Positions 9,776 through 19,228 of a stretch of 36,692 nucleotides of DNA are shown one piece after another. The DNA is taken from positions 1 to 36,692 of the forward strand of contig JBKPAK010000310.1 of NCBI GenBank assembly GCA_046726415.1, in the 5' to 3' direction. A program made the position numbers and the translations under genes. Each line of letters opens with the position of its first letter. The first letter of the stretch is position 1. The notes beneath the pieces were generated by a model. That model saw only the letters and a list, made by a program, of their open reading frames with translations. It did not search any database and was not told where the DNA came from. This DNA comes from Candidatus Methylomirabilota bacterium (GTDB lineage Bacteria; Methylomirabilota; Methylomirabilia; Rokubacteriales; CSP1-6).

Positions 9776-10555
9776 ATGAACAAGGGCCGCCTGATCACCA
9801 CGGTCACCCTGAGTCTTATGCTCAGCATCGCGCTAGCTCAGACTTCCGACGCCTTCGGCGGTCGCGGTGGGCGAGGCGGGTTTGGTGGCCGCCCGTCAGG
9901 GTTCCATCAACCCGGCTTCAAGGGGGGCGGAGGCTTCAAGGGCGGCTTCAATCGCACCTTTCCCGGATTCGGTCCGGGCTTCGGAGCTTTCCCCGGCTTC
10001 GGCTTCAGTCCAGGCGTCGGGGCCTTCCCCGGCTTCGGGTTCGGCTTCGGGGGCTTCAATCACGGTTTCAAGGGCAACACGGGCTTTGGCTGGTTCGCCC
10101 CCTGGGGATCGACGACCGTCTACTACCCCTATGGGAACGGCTCGCCTGAGCCGGTGAACTACCCCACGACGTACGCTCCGGTCTACAACGCCCCTGCGGT
10201 ATACACCCCCCAGATGGGCAGCAGTATCGCGGTGACACCGGCACCGCCGGCGCCGAAGTCACCAAGCGTGGTGGTATTTTCGGGCGGACGCTACGAGCTG
10301 CAAGGGGACGGAGTCACGACGCCCTACCAGTGGGTCTGGATCCCGAGTCCCACGACCGTTCCGCCGGTGCCGCCGCCGCCGCCCCTGGCTCCGGAGCTGG
10401 CGCCGGGGGGGCAACAGCCGTCAGCCGGCGCCCAACCGGCGCCCCGCTCTCAGCTCTATCGCTGGACTGACGAACAGGGTGTCGTGCACTGGACGAACCG
10501 AGCCGACGCCGTGCCGGCCAAGTACCGCAAGGACGCGAAGTACGACCCGGCCTAG
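9776..10555 (+). CDS. Secreted Gly/Phe-rich, Pro-rich protein with C-terminal DUF4124-like domain
   Basis: Signal peptide, FPGFG repeats, GRYELQGDGVTTPYQWVWIP block, poly-Pro, then LYRWTDEQGVVHWTN...VPAKYR. Confidence 0.85.
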   Translation: MNKGRLITTVTLSLMLSIALAQTSDAFGGRGGRGGFGGRPSGFHQPGFKGGGGFKGGFNRTFPGFGPGFGAFPGFGFSPGVGAFPGFGFGFGGFNHGFKGNTGFGWFAPWGSTTVYYPYGNGSPEPVNYPTTYAPVYNAPAVYTPQMGSSIAVTPAPPAPKSPSVVVFSGGRYELQGDGVTTPYQWVWIPSPTTVPPVPPPPPLAPELAPGGQQPSAGAQPAPRSQLYRWTDEQGVVHWTNRADAVPAKYRKDAKYDPA

Positions 10556-10869
10556 CTAAGGCGCGTGGTCGCCCGACTTGGAAGTGCCTTAGTAAGTGTC
10601 CTCCAGTCGGTAGAGTGGGGCGTATCCGGGAACGCGGATAGAGCCGATTCCCGTCTGCGGACCCTGGGTCAGTCGTGTCGTGAGCTTCACGGGTTTAATT
10701 GGGCCGCCACGCTGTGTCACGGCCAGTTTGAGCCCTCTCCTTAGCCAGAACCTGGCCGGGGCGCAAGTCGTTGATCTCTTCATCCTTGAGTTGGCCACAA
10801 TTCCCGCCGAATTATCACCGTCTCTCTCTGGTTCGGATCCTCCGCTTCCTATGGGACGTGTGGCGCGAG

Positions 10870-11746
10870 GAGCGAGTGGTTTAAGCCCTGGCGCACCATC
10901 GGCGGCGGGCGCGTGGCCGACGCGAACCTTCCGGAACTGCAGGTGATGATCGAGGGCCTGTTCGCCCTGCGGCGCTTCCACGACCTCGTGCGCGACTTCA
11001 TCGCCTTCGAGGACGAGGGCGGCGGCCGGCTGGTGATGAGGATGGCCGGGTGGTGGACTACCTCGGCCTGGCCCACGAGCTGAAAGCGGTCCTCGCCACC
11101 GGCACGGAGAGCGGGGCAGGGGCCGCACGGCGCTCGACCAGGACAAGGCGGTTACCGTGATGCTGGAAGAGCACGAGGTCTGCTGCGCGCTGTTCGCGGA
11201 TTCGACTGGTCGCGGTGGACGAGCGGGACGCCACAGCAGCGGCTCGGCCTGCTGCCCGCCGCGCAGGAGCACATCCTGCGCCAGGAGGACGGCGCATCCA
11301 GGCCATGCGCGAGCTGTCCCGCGCCTCCGCGCCGGCCATGCCCCATCCCGAGGCGTTGCGCGTCCGCGACGACGTGGCGTTTCTTCCAGGCCGTGCGGGT
11401 GGTGCTGGCCAAGCGCGCCCCGGCGTCACCCGGCCGCAGGAGGAGGTCGACCACGCCGTCCGGCAGATCATCTCCCGCGCCGTGGCTCCGGAGGGCGGCG
11501 TGGACATCTTCGCGGCGGCCGGGCTACGGAAGAACGTCGTGCGGGCGCGGTCCTTCGCGGAGATGCTGGAGCAGACGATCCGCCGCTACCAACCGGACGA
11601 TCGAGGCGGCGCAGGTGATGCAGCTCCGCGTTGCTGGTCAAGCGAATCCTGCGCAAGCACGGCTACCGCCCGACAAGTAGGAGAAGGCCACCGCGACTGT
11701 GCTGGAGCAGGCCCCGCTGCCCTCCGAACAGTGCGCGGCGGCCTGA
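10870..11746 (+). pseudogene. hsdR: Type I restriction endonuclease R subunit, collapsed by internal deletions
   Basis: EWFKPWRTI...LPELQVMIEGLF...VRDFIAFEDEGGGRLVMRMAG joined directly to VVDYLGLAHELK...RDDVAF...[10 protein letters not shown]...[15 protein letters not shown]...[26 protein letters not shown]. Multiple frameshifts. Confidence 0.88.
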
Positions 11747-11828
11747 CCCCCAGTCCATGCTCTTCGCCCTTGACAGCCCCCGGCCATGGCCTCTCATCGC
11801 GGCTGGGAACGAGACTAGAGGGGGGGTG

Positions 11829-12335
11829 ATGATGGAGACGCGGGTCGGGCGAGGAGCGAAGCGTCGGACCGCCATGGTCCTCGTGGTCATGCTCTTGGCG
11901 ATCCCGGCGCTCATCGTGGCCCTCGTGCCCCCGCGGATCGGGCAGACTCAGGTCACTCCTCCCATCCCCCAGCCTCTGCTCGACGGACGCCATGCATCGC
12001 CCCATCTCTCCAGCCCCAACCTGCCACGGGCTCCCCGCGACCATCTACGTGCGGAACGGCAGGATTGTCGGAGGCCCTGACCACGGCAAGACGTACCGAG
12101 GCATCCTGCGCGGGACTTTGAGCCACGACGTCATCGTCGGGACCGATGGCCCGGACCGCATCAAGGGCTATGCCGGAGACGACACCATTTGCGGGGGTGG
12201 CGGCAACGACATCATCGACGGCGGGGCGGGCAACGACTGGATCGAGGGCGGAGCCGGCCACGATCGTCTCAGGGGGCAGGCGGGGAACGACATCATCGGG
12301 GGCGGAGACGACGATGACTGGATCGAAGGCGCCAC
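11829..12335 (+). pseudogene. Secreted RTX/hemolysin-type calcium-binding repeat protein, frameshifted and truncated
   Basis: Signal peptide in one frame. TCHGLPATI and GGxGxD nonapeptides (GYAGDD, GGGGND, GGAGND, GGAGHD, GQAGND) in another. Repeats end abruptly at about 12330. Confidence 0.78.
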
Positions 12336-12538
12336 GGTAACGATCGGGTCGCTCGGATTCCCCGGCATCGAGCTCACGAGCTTTCTGCGGGAAGAGCGCT
12401 TTAGTTTCGGTGCGGATGCGTCGCGGCGGTACTCTCACACTCATGCTTGCGCCTCCCACCCTCGCGACGCGGGATTATCGTTGCTCGGGCCGCGGCATCC
12501 GCGCCGGCCGCTGCATGCTGTTGTTGTGCAGCGCCCGG

Positions 12539-12985
12539 TTACGCGGGAATCTCAGCTTCGATGAGTTGCGCAAGAAGGGTGAGCGATTCTTGCCAGCCGA
12601 GATAGCACGCCTCTGGTGGGATGGCCTCAGGTATCCCTTCTTGCACTATGTTTACCTCAGTACCGCACGACACCTTCTTCAGGGATACCGTCGTTTGCAT
12701 TTCTCCGGGTAGCTTCGGGTCGTCGAACGTGTCGGTGTGGCGAATGCGTTCATGCGGCACCAGCTCAAGATATCTTCCGCCGAAGGAGTGACTGTGGCCG
12801 GTGGTGAAGTTCGTGAAGGACATCGTGTAGCGACCGCCGACTTTGGCATCTATGTGGTGAACCTTGCTCGTGAAGCCGTTGGGCGGAAGCCACTTGGCCA
12901 GTGCGTCTGGATCGAGGAATGCCCGATAGATTTTGTCAGGCGTCGCCCGGAGCACTCGGTGAAGCCGGACGGTGCTTGTCGGCAT
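12539..12985 (-). CDS. SRPBCC/AHSA1-like (START superfamily) protein
   Basis: AAGGAG RBS and 148 aa: VRLHRVLRATPDKIYRAFLDPDALAKWLPPNGF...CYLGWQESLTLLAQLIE. Confidence 0.92.
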   Translation of the reverse strand: MPTSTVRLHRVLRATPDKIYRAFLDPDALAKWLPPNGFTSKVHHIDAKVGGRYTMSFTNFTTGHSHSFGGRYLELVPHERIRHTDTFDDPKLPGEMQTTVSLKKVSCGTEVNIVQEGIPEAIPPEACYLGWQESLTLLAQLIEAEIPA

Positions 12986-13319
12986 GATGACTTCTCCTTT
13001 CGATTGTGAACGCCTAACCTTTTGCATAACGTGCGACGCGAGACGCCATCCTTTAGTCGAACGGGGATCCACGGAATCGACAAGCGGACTCACTCACTCC
13101 GGGAAGACCTAAGGACACCGCGAATGGAAGATCCCATAGTGTCCGAATAGTTGGCCGCACCCGAATCTGGCACAGGGGGCCCGAAGGAGGGGACGGCCCG
13201 CCGCGCCTCGGGCGCCTCGCGCTGCAGCCTTGTTGCGAGTCGTGAGCGCCTTCCGCATCACTCACAAGGCGCCGCGCTAGGTCACGGAGGTCGCGCCGCA
13301 TCACGGCGTGCCCCCCATG

Positions 13320-14057
13320 CTAGGGCGGCAGCTTCTCCCACACCGAGACGTGCTTGCGGCTGTCGCTCGTGAACGGCTCTCGCTTCCACCCTGCCCATCG
13401 CTCGCGCAGGGACATCCCGGCGAGCTGTGCCATCAGATCCAGCTCTGACGGCCACACATAGCGGAACGGGATCGATTGGCGCTCGAGCCGTCCGTCGACG
13501 AGCGCGAAGTGGTGGGAGATCAGCCCCTGGGCAGCCACGTCGAATTCGTCGATGTCCCATCGTGACTCGCCGACGTGGTACGCGCGGTATGTCTCTCCCG
13601 GCGGGAGGCGCTGCAGGCTGGGGATGCCGACCTCGATGACGAAGCAGCCACCCGGCTCGAGCTGCGCCGCGACATTGCGGAAGCAAGCGACCTGCGCAGC
13701 CTGCGTCGTCAGGTTCATGATCGTGTTGAAGATCAGGTAGGCGAGGGAGAGCGACCCGTCGACCTTCGTCGTCGCGAAGTCGCCGATCGTCACGCCGATG
13801 TCGTCGCCGCCCGGCTTGGCGCGCAGCCTCGCGACCATCGCCCTCGAGAGGTCGATCCCGTGCACCGGCACCCCACGCTGCGCGAGCGGGAGCGCGATGC
13901 GGCCCGTCCCGATTCCGAGCTCGAGGGCCCGTCCGGCTCCGGCACGCTCGACGAGGAAGTCGACAATCGTCTCGATGACTGTCGGATCGAACTCCTCACC
14001 ATCCTGCCGGTCGTAGCTCGCCGCGACGCGCTCGTCGAAGTAGCCGTCGTGGTGCAT
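13320..14057 (-). CDS. Class I SAM-dependent methyltransferase
   Basis: Intact 245 aa. Motif I ALELGIGTGRIA, GIDLS, GDF, PGGCFVIE. Confidence 0.93.
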   Translation of the reverse strand: MHHDGYFDERVAASYDRQDGEEFDPTVIETIVDFLVERAGAGRALELGIGTGRIALPLAQRGVPVHGIDLSRAMVARLRAKPGGDDIGVTIGDFATTKVDGSLSLAYLIFNTIMNLTTQAAQVACFRNVAAQLEPGGCFVIEVGIPSLQRLPPGETYRAYHVGESRWDIDEFDVAAQGLISHHFALVDGRLERQSIPFRYVWPSELDLMAQLAGMSLRERWAGWKREPFTSDSRKHVSVWEKLPP

Positions 14058-14073
14058 GAGCCGAAGTCTAGCA
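14058..14073 (-). promoter_or_regulatory. Extended -10 promoter, probably leaderless methyltransferase mRNA
   Basis: Minus strand TGCTAGACT (TGn-TAnnnT), then 7 nt, then ATG. No Shine-Dalgarno. Confidence 0.5.
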
Positions 14074-14368
14074 GACTGAGCGGCCGATGATCAGCGAGCA
14101 ATGAAATCCCGCACTTGAATTGTATAAGGTCGGCCGTGTCCCGTTGGAGCCATTTGAAAATTCCATGCGTCCTTAGAGTCGCGGGCCGAGGACGCACCCA
14201 ACCATTGGTTGCGCTGGCGGATCAGTCATGAGGATTGGGCAAGGTGGCCACCAGCGCAGGCAAGCTCGGTCGGTGCGCTATCAGCGAGTCTGTGTGCTGT
14301 CACTTGGGGGCTCAAAGTGGGAGTCCGACCTCAGGGGCCGTAGAGGTAAGACCGACGCATGTTCGTCG

Positions 14369-14944
14369 TCAAGGGCCTCGGAACCGATGCCGCTCCAATC
14401 GAGCGTTTTTGTCGAGGCCGATACCCGGCGGCGACTCCGCCTTCGGGTTCTTGACGGCGACGATGTAGCTGCCTTCCTCCACGATGTTCAGCGCTCGCTG
14501 CACCTCACCGGCGTGCGGGGGCAGCTCCAGCCCGTACGCCAGGTGCGTATGGTTGCCGTGGCGCACGATGACGTACACGCCCTCGCCGGCTGGACGGGCG
14601 GCCGGGATGTGACGCTCGCCGCGGGTCTCGGTCAGCCGCGTCTTGGGGTCGAGCTCGTCCTCCACGTCCTCGACGTTGCTGGCGACTTTCGCCACGAACG
14701 CCCAGGCCTTTCGATCTCCGCCGCCGTCCACCGCGGGAAGACGCTTCTCCCCGATAATGAGGAGCCGATACGCATCCCGGCCACGCGGATTCAGGATCAT
14801 GTAGAGGCGCTGCACGTCGTCGAAACTCCTGGCGACCTGTTCGTCGATTTTCGGCCGGTAGGCGAAGTAGATGTCGCCGCGCTCACGCACGCTCACGGCG
14901 GCCGTGGCCGTGGTACGGGGTCGGCGCTCGGGTTTCGTCGTCAC
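14369..14944 (-). CDS. Conserved hypothetical protein, probably C-terminally truncated
   Basis: GTG start after GGAGAGG. Blocks ERGDIYFAYRPK, YRLLIIGEKRLP, AARPAGEGVY, HTHLAYGLELP, GSYIVAVKNP. Last residues look non-native. Confidence 0.7.
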   Translation of the reverse strand: MTTKPERRPRTTATAAVSVRERGDIYFAYRPKIDEQVARSFDDVQRLYMILNPRGRDAYRLLIIGEKRLPAVDGGGDRKAWAFVAKVASNVEDVEDELDPKTRLTETRGERHIPAARPAGEGVYVIVRHGNHTHLAYGLELPPHAGEVQRALNIVEEGSYIVAVKNPKAESPPGIGLDKNARLERHRFRGP

Positions 14945-15363
14945 GTCCCTCTCCAATTGGTCGGCGCCCCACCGTCCTGGCGCGCGGCCGTGCTCCACCC
15001 ACGTACGAGCAAGAGCGACGCCAGACGCCCGCGCCGCGATCTCGCCGTGGATTGGGCACTTCTGGAGGAGATCGGTGTGGACGATCGGGTGAAGACTTAC
15101 CCGGACGATGACCACGCCTACTCTGGAACGCGCCGAGATCCCGTACCATCCCAACGATCAGCGTTGGGTGAGATCTCACCCACCATCCTGGGTGCCGCCT
15201 GCAGGACGGCCGCGAGATCATCCAGTCTGCTCCTCACGGAACTCGTGCCGCACCTTCCCCTGCCGGCGGTAGAAGTCCGGCGCCGGGCCGTAGTACCCCC
15301 CGCCGTGCTCCAGCACCTCGACGCCCGCTGCCGTCGTCGCCTTACACTTCGGGCGAAAGCGAG

Positions 15364-15733
15364 GTGGTCGACGATGGGGACGACCCCCCGAAGAGCGCGT
15401 TCGAGCTGCCCATGGAACGCCTGCGCCGGAAGGACCGGTCAAGCGGCCCCTCACCGAGGGGCACAAGGTGGCGATCGCCAAGGTGCGCAAGATCCACGAG
15501 GCCAAGGTCGCCGCCGAGGTGCGCAAGATCCACGAGGCCAAGGTCGCCGCCGAGGTGCGCAAGATCCACGAGGCCAAGGTCGCCGAGCGCGAGATCCTGC
15601 ACCGCGATGCCCTGCGAAGCCCCGCAGTGCCGAGGAGATCGCCAAGCTCAATGAGGAGCTCGCGCAGGACGGCGAGCGCCTTGCGCGCGACCCGGACCGC
15701 AAGACCGCCGAGATCAGGGACCGCTCGCCCTGA
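15364..15733 (+). pseudogene. Small coiled-coil hypothetical protein, frameshifted
   Basis: DDPPKSAFELPMERLRRKD / LTEGHKVAIAKVRKIHEAKVAEREILHRDAL / EEIAKLNEELAQDGERLARD spread over several frames. Confidence 0.6.
15481..15585. repeat. 36-bp tandem repeat, about 3 copies
   Basis: AGGTGCGCAAGATCCACGAGGCCAAGGTCGCCG(CCG) starting at 15481, 15517 and 15553. Encodes (E)VRKIHEAKVAA. Confidence 0.95.
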
Positions 15734-16017
15734 CCCCGGGCGGCCAACCGCGACCTGCCGGTGCGGACGACAGGGTTTAGGCTAGGGGGTTTCTGTCCGG
15801 GGCGGGTCAAATCTTGGGACGGTCCTACGCAGGATAGGCGGGGCCCTATCTTGTAACAGTCGCGATTTCAGGGAGGCCCCCTGAGCGCCACGCCACATAC
15901 CCCCTTAGGGTGCGACGAGAGACACCGTATTTGGTCCTACTACGCCTGGATGTCGTAGGGATTACGCCACAGAAGCAGACGATGTTCCTCAGCCACGCCT
16001 CGTCGGACGATGCCGTC

Positions 16018-16046
16018 TTGACTCTTCGCGAAAACATGCATATACA
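16018..16046 (+). promoter_or_regulatory. Sigma70-type promoter of marR overlapped by putative operator
   Basis: TTGACT (16018-16023), 17-nt spacer, TATACA (16041-16046), then ATG 6 nt later. TGCATATACA at 16037-16046. Confidence 0.65.
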
Positions 16047-16052
16047 CCAATC

Positions 16053-16523
16053 ATGAAAGTGTGCCAGGCCGACACAGCTCCTGCCGAAGCGGCGAGCCAA
16101 TGCGTCTACTTCAACCTGCGCAAGGCCGCGCGCGCGGTGACGCAGTTCTACGACGCCACGCTGCCGCCGAGCGGGGTGCAGCGACGCAGTTCACCGTCTT
16201 GGTGGCGGTGTCGCTGAGCGAGCAGCTGAGCTTGAGCCAGATCGCGGAGCGGCTGGTGATGGATCGCACGACGCTGACGCGCAACGTGCACCCACTGGAG
16301 CGCGCCGGGCTGGTGCGGATCGAGCATGGGCCGGACCGGCGCGAGCGCTACATGCGGCTGACCGTGGCGGGGACGCAAGAGGCTCGGCCGGGCCATGCCC
16401 CTGCGGCGGCAGGCGCAGGCGCGCGTGATGGAAAGACTCGGCGAAGACGCATGGCGCGCGCTGCGCGGCGGGTTGCTCGGAATCACGTCCTCCGTGCAAG
16501 AGGCGACATCATCGTCGGGTTGA
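16053..16523 (+). pseudogene. MarR-family winged-helix regulator, frameshifted
   Basis: CVYFNLRKAARAVTQFYD / TQFTVLVAV...IAERLVMDRTTLTRNVHPLERAGLV...DRRER...LT / AMPLRRQAQARVMERLG. At least two frameshifts. Confidence 0.85.
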
Positions 16524-16579
16524 GGTAGAGCCTATTTTGATCCACTCAGTGCCCCACGAGACGCGCCTGACACGATCGA

Positions 16580-16591
16580 CTGCATATGCAG
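16580..16591. promoter_or_regulatory. Palindromic operator CTGCATATGCAG
   Basis: Perfect 12-bp palindrome just upstream of the RBS of the 16611 gene. Core differs by 1 nt from the site in the marR promoter. Confidence 0.6.
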
Positions 16592-16610
16592 CTTGTGAAA
16601 GGAGATCGCG

Positions 16611-17312
16611 ATGAGCACCTCGTTTAATATCCCGTCCGCGGGACAGGCGCACCCGTCCTTCCATGGTTCGCATGACCATCCGGGCCTTGCCGTCCTGTCC
16701 ACGCTGCTGATCGGCTCGTGGCTGCTGGCGGCCGTGATCACCGGCGCGGCGGGGCTCTTCGAGGCGGGGCCCTCCCGCCCACCGCTTCCGCTCCTGGTGG
16801 CCGTGCTCGGCCCACCGGCGGCATTCAGTCTTGCTTACGCAACAGCGCCGCAATTCAAAGACTTCGTGCTTCGCTTCGATCTGCGCATGCTCACCGCGGT
16901 GCAGAGCTGGCGTGTGCTCGGGGTGGTTTTCCTCTTTCTCTACGCCTTCAATCTGAGGCCGGGGCTGTTCGCTTTCCCCGCCGGGCTAGGCGACGCGGCG
17001 GTCGGCGTGGCCGCGGTGTTCGTTCTGCGCGCGATGATCGACGGGCACCCGACCTGGCGCCGGCGCGTGTTGTTACTCAATCTGGGCGGCCTGCTCGACT
17101 TCGTCGTGGCTCTCGGCACGGGCGTGCTGACCAGCAATTCCTCGCTCGGATTTTTCGCACCGGCGACGCCGATGCCGTCGATGGGGATGATGCCACTGAG
17201 CCTGATCCCGACCTTCGCCGTACCGCTGTGGATCATCATCCACATCGCATCGCTGCTCCAGCTCCGGCGGGGCGCCCGGCTGGCCCATGTGAACGACCTC
17301 CGAGAGGCGTAG
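16611..17312 (+). CDS. Hypothetical integral membrane protein (about 6 TM)
   Basis: AAGGAG RBS, 233 aa, multiple hydrophobic helices. Blocks QSWRVLG, PAGLGD, GLLDFVVA, PLSLIPTFAVP. Confidence 0.85.
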   Translation: MSTSFNIPSAGQAHPSFHGSHDHPGLAVLSTLLIGSWLLAAVITGAAGLFEAGPSRPPLPLLVAVLGPPAAFSLAYATAPQFKDFVLRFDLRMLTAVQSWRVLGVVFLFLYAFNLRPGLFAFPAGLGDAAVGVAAVFVLRAMIDGHPTWRRRVLLLNLGGLLDFVVALGTGVLTSNSSLGFFAPATPMPSMGMMPLSLIPTFAVPLWIIIHIASLLQLRRGARLAHVNDLREA

Positions 17313-17755
17313 CCAGGGGCCTGGGAGTTCCTCTCGTGGCTCGCTTCGGCGTCCTCGATGTAACCATGCATGACGACTGTGGCTGAAGCCTCCTGTGCTT
17401 TCGCGGATGGGGCAGCAATTTGGGTCATCCTCGACGAAGTCGCGACGAACATCGCCGAGGGCGAAGCCGCGAAGCGATCCACGGCCGTATGCAGCGAGCG
17501 ACCGAGGACCGGGCCGAAGCGAGAATCCGGATAGAAAGGGTGGCGGATGGGTTCCGTGGTCGTGCGCAGCGTCACCCACGATGTGCTCACGAACCTTGAC
17601 GGCGGCGCGCTTGACATCACGAGCTGCATGATGCCGTGCTGAGCGGGTGCGCCTGGTGAGAGCGGCGAGATACGCCAGGTGGTCTGCCCATCCTTCCGCA
17701 CGCGACACTTGAAGCTTGACCTCACACCGACCGCAGAGTCAGCATCTCCCAAAGT

Positions 17756-17794
17756 GGCCAGAATTTCCGGAAATCACCGGCCAGAATTTCCGGA
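17756..17794. repeat. 16-bp direct repeat GGCCAGAATTTCCGGA x2
   Basis: Copies at 17756-17771 and 17779-17794. Palindrome ATTTCCGGAAAT at 17763-17774. Confidence 0.85.
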
Positions 17795-18011
17795 CCTACA
17801 GCGGCGAAGAGATCGTCGCGGTAGATGCGGACGCCGGTGACGACGACGGGGCAGAAAGAGCCCTTCGAAGGGAATGACGATGCCCCAGGAGTGAATCGTA
17901 CCCAGGGTCTCGATGGCGCGGGCACGCAACCACATCACCGCGGCACTTCGTCGCGCTTCGGCTCGATCGTGCCGCGCTCGCGCAGGACGCCGACGGCGAC
18001 CCGCGCGAGCT

Positions 18012-18600
18012 TCACGTTGCCCGCATGATGAGCCGGCGGCGCTCGACCAGGACGAGGCCCCCGAGCGCGATCACGGTGCGCGCGGTGGCGGTGGCGAACC
18101 CCGCTCCGTAGGAAGCATGCTCGACGATAACGGCGATCGAGAGCGAGCCGGCGAAGACGCCGAGGTCCCAGGCCCCCGAGACCGTTCCCATGGCCACTCC
18201 GCGTTCGCGGTCAGGCACCCGGTCGACCACCAGCATCGGATAGAGGGCGGAGCTGCCAGCGGCGAGCAGGGCAGCGGCCACGGCCAAGCGGAGCGGTACA
18301 GGCGGCGGGATCAGCACACCGAAGCCCAGCGCAAGAAGGCCGAGCGCCGGCATCAGGATCTGAATCCGGCCCCAGGGGTCGGCCCTCGCCGAGACAGCAA
18401 TTCGGAAGACGATCATTCCTGCCGCGTAGACGCCGAAGAACCAGGCGAGGTGCCGCTCCTGACCGTTGGCGGTGGCGTACAGCGGCAGGAACGCGTAGAG
18501 CGCGCTCTGTCCCATGGCCGCGACGGCCAGCACGACGGCCAGCGGCAGTGCGCTGCGGCTCCAGAGCGGTTTCGCGCCCGGCGCGGAGGCCCCCCGGCGA
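18012..18600 (-). pseudogene. C-terminal half of an MFS transporter
   Basis: Hydrophobic helices with FLPLYA, ADPWGR, VVDRVPDRERGVAMG, DLGVFAGS. N-terminal half absent. Confidence 0.8.
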
Positions 18601-18609
18601 CCAGCCGCC

Positions 18610-19080
18610 GACCCAGCTCTCGTCGAACAGGCGATCGGTGCCTCGGTCGGCGCCGACGGTGACCTGATCGCTTACGTGGCGAGCAAGCGCCTGCTTGTTG
18701 TTCTCGACAACTTCGAGCAGGTCGTGAAGGCCGCTCCGGTCGTCTCGGCGCTCCTGGCGGGTACCCCTAACGCCAAGGTGCTGATCACGAGCCGCGAGCC
18801 GCTGCACCTCGACTCTGACCGGCGATACTCGGGTGAGCCGTTGCCCGAGCACGACGCCGCGATGCTCTTCGTCGAGCGGGCGAGCGCAATCGCCCCGGGG
18901 TTCCGCCCGACGGCGGCGGTGGGCGAGATCTGCCGACGGCTCGACGGCCTGCCACTGGCAATCGAGCTCGCGGCGGCTCGGGTGGCGCTGCTCGAGCCGG
19001 ACGAGCTGCTGGCGCGGCTCGGACGGCGGCTGCCCCTGCTCACCTCCCGCTCCCGCAACGCGCCGGCGAGGCAACGAACG
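18610..19080 (+). pseudogene. Internal fragment of NB-ARC/STAND ATPase (AfsR/LuxR-type regulator)
   Basis: LLVVLDNFEQV (Walker B), LITSREPL, LFVERA, ICRRLDGLPLAIELAAAR, PARQRT. No Walker A or C-terminus. Confidence 0.9.
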
Positions 19081-19084
19081 CCCG

Positions 19085-19228
19085 TACTGGGTGATGCGAC
19101 TCATCAAGGTGACGTCCATCCCGTGGTGGATGCGGTGCTGCCAATCTCTCGGGCTTCCGCGGCGTACACGGGCGACGTTGGGCCGAGGCAGGGGCGGGGA
19201 AGCTGGTCGTCTCGATCGCCCCGACTAG
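19085..19228 (+). pseudogene. C-terminal tail fragment of an MDR/NADP-dependent oxidoreductase
   Basis: PVVDAVLPISRASAAY...RQGRG/KLVVSI resembles the ADH_zinc_N_2 C-terminus. Confidence 0.5.

Noticed and set aside
10560..10870. Lower-GC stretch, also 17320-17750, 28470-28700 and 34115-34460
   Set aside because: Probably further decayed coding fragments, but no family was recognisable by eye. BLASTx needed.
1215..11746. AbiEii, SNF2, RelE-like toxin and HsdR as a novel functional defence system
   Set aside because: All four are truncated or frameshifted, dispersed, and lack partner genes.
15481..15585. 36-bp repeats as a CRISPR array
   Set aside because: Units are directly adjacent with no spacers, are in frame in a coding sequence, and there are no cas genes.
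14228..15733. 501-aa plus-strand ORF
   Set aside because: Mostly antisense to 14369-14944. Only the last about 35 codons belong to a real, broken gene.
15830..15853. Hairpin CAGGATAGG...CCTATCTTG as terminator or ncRNA
   Set aside because: No U-tract and no recognisable RNA family.
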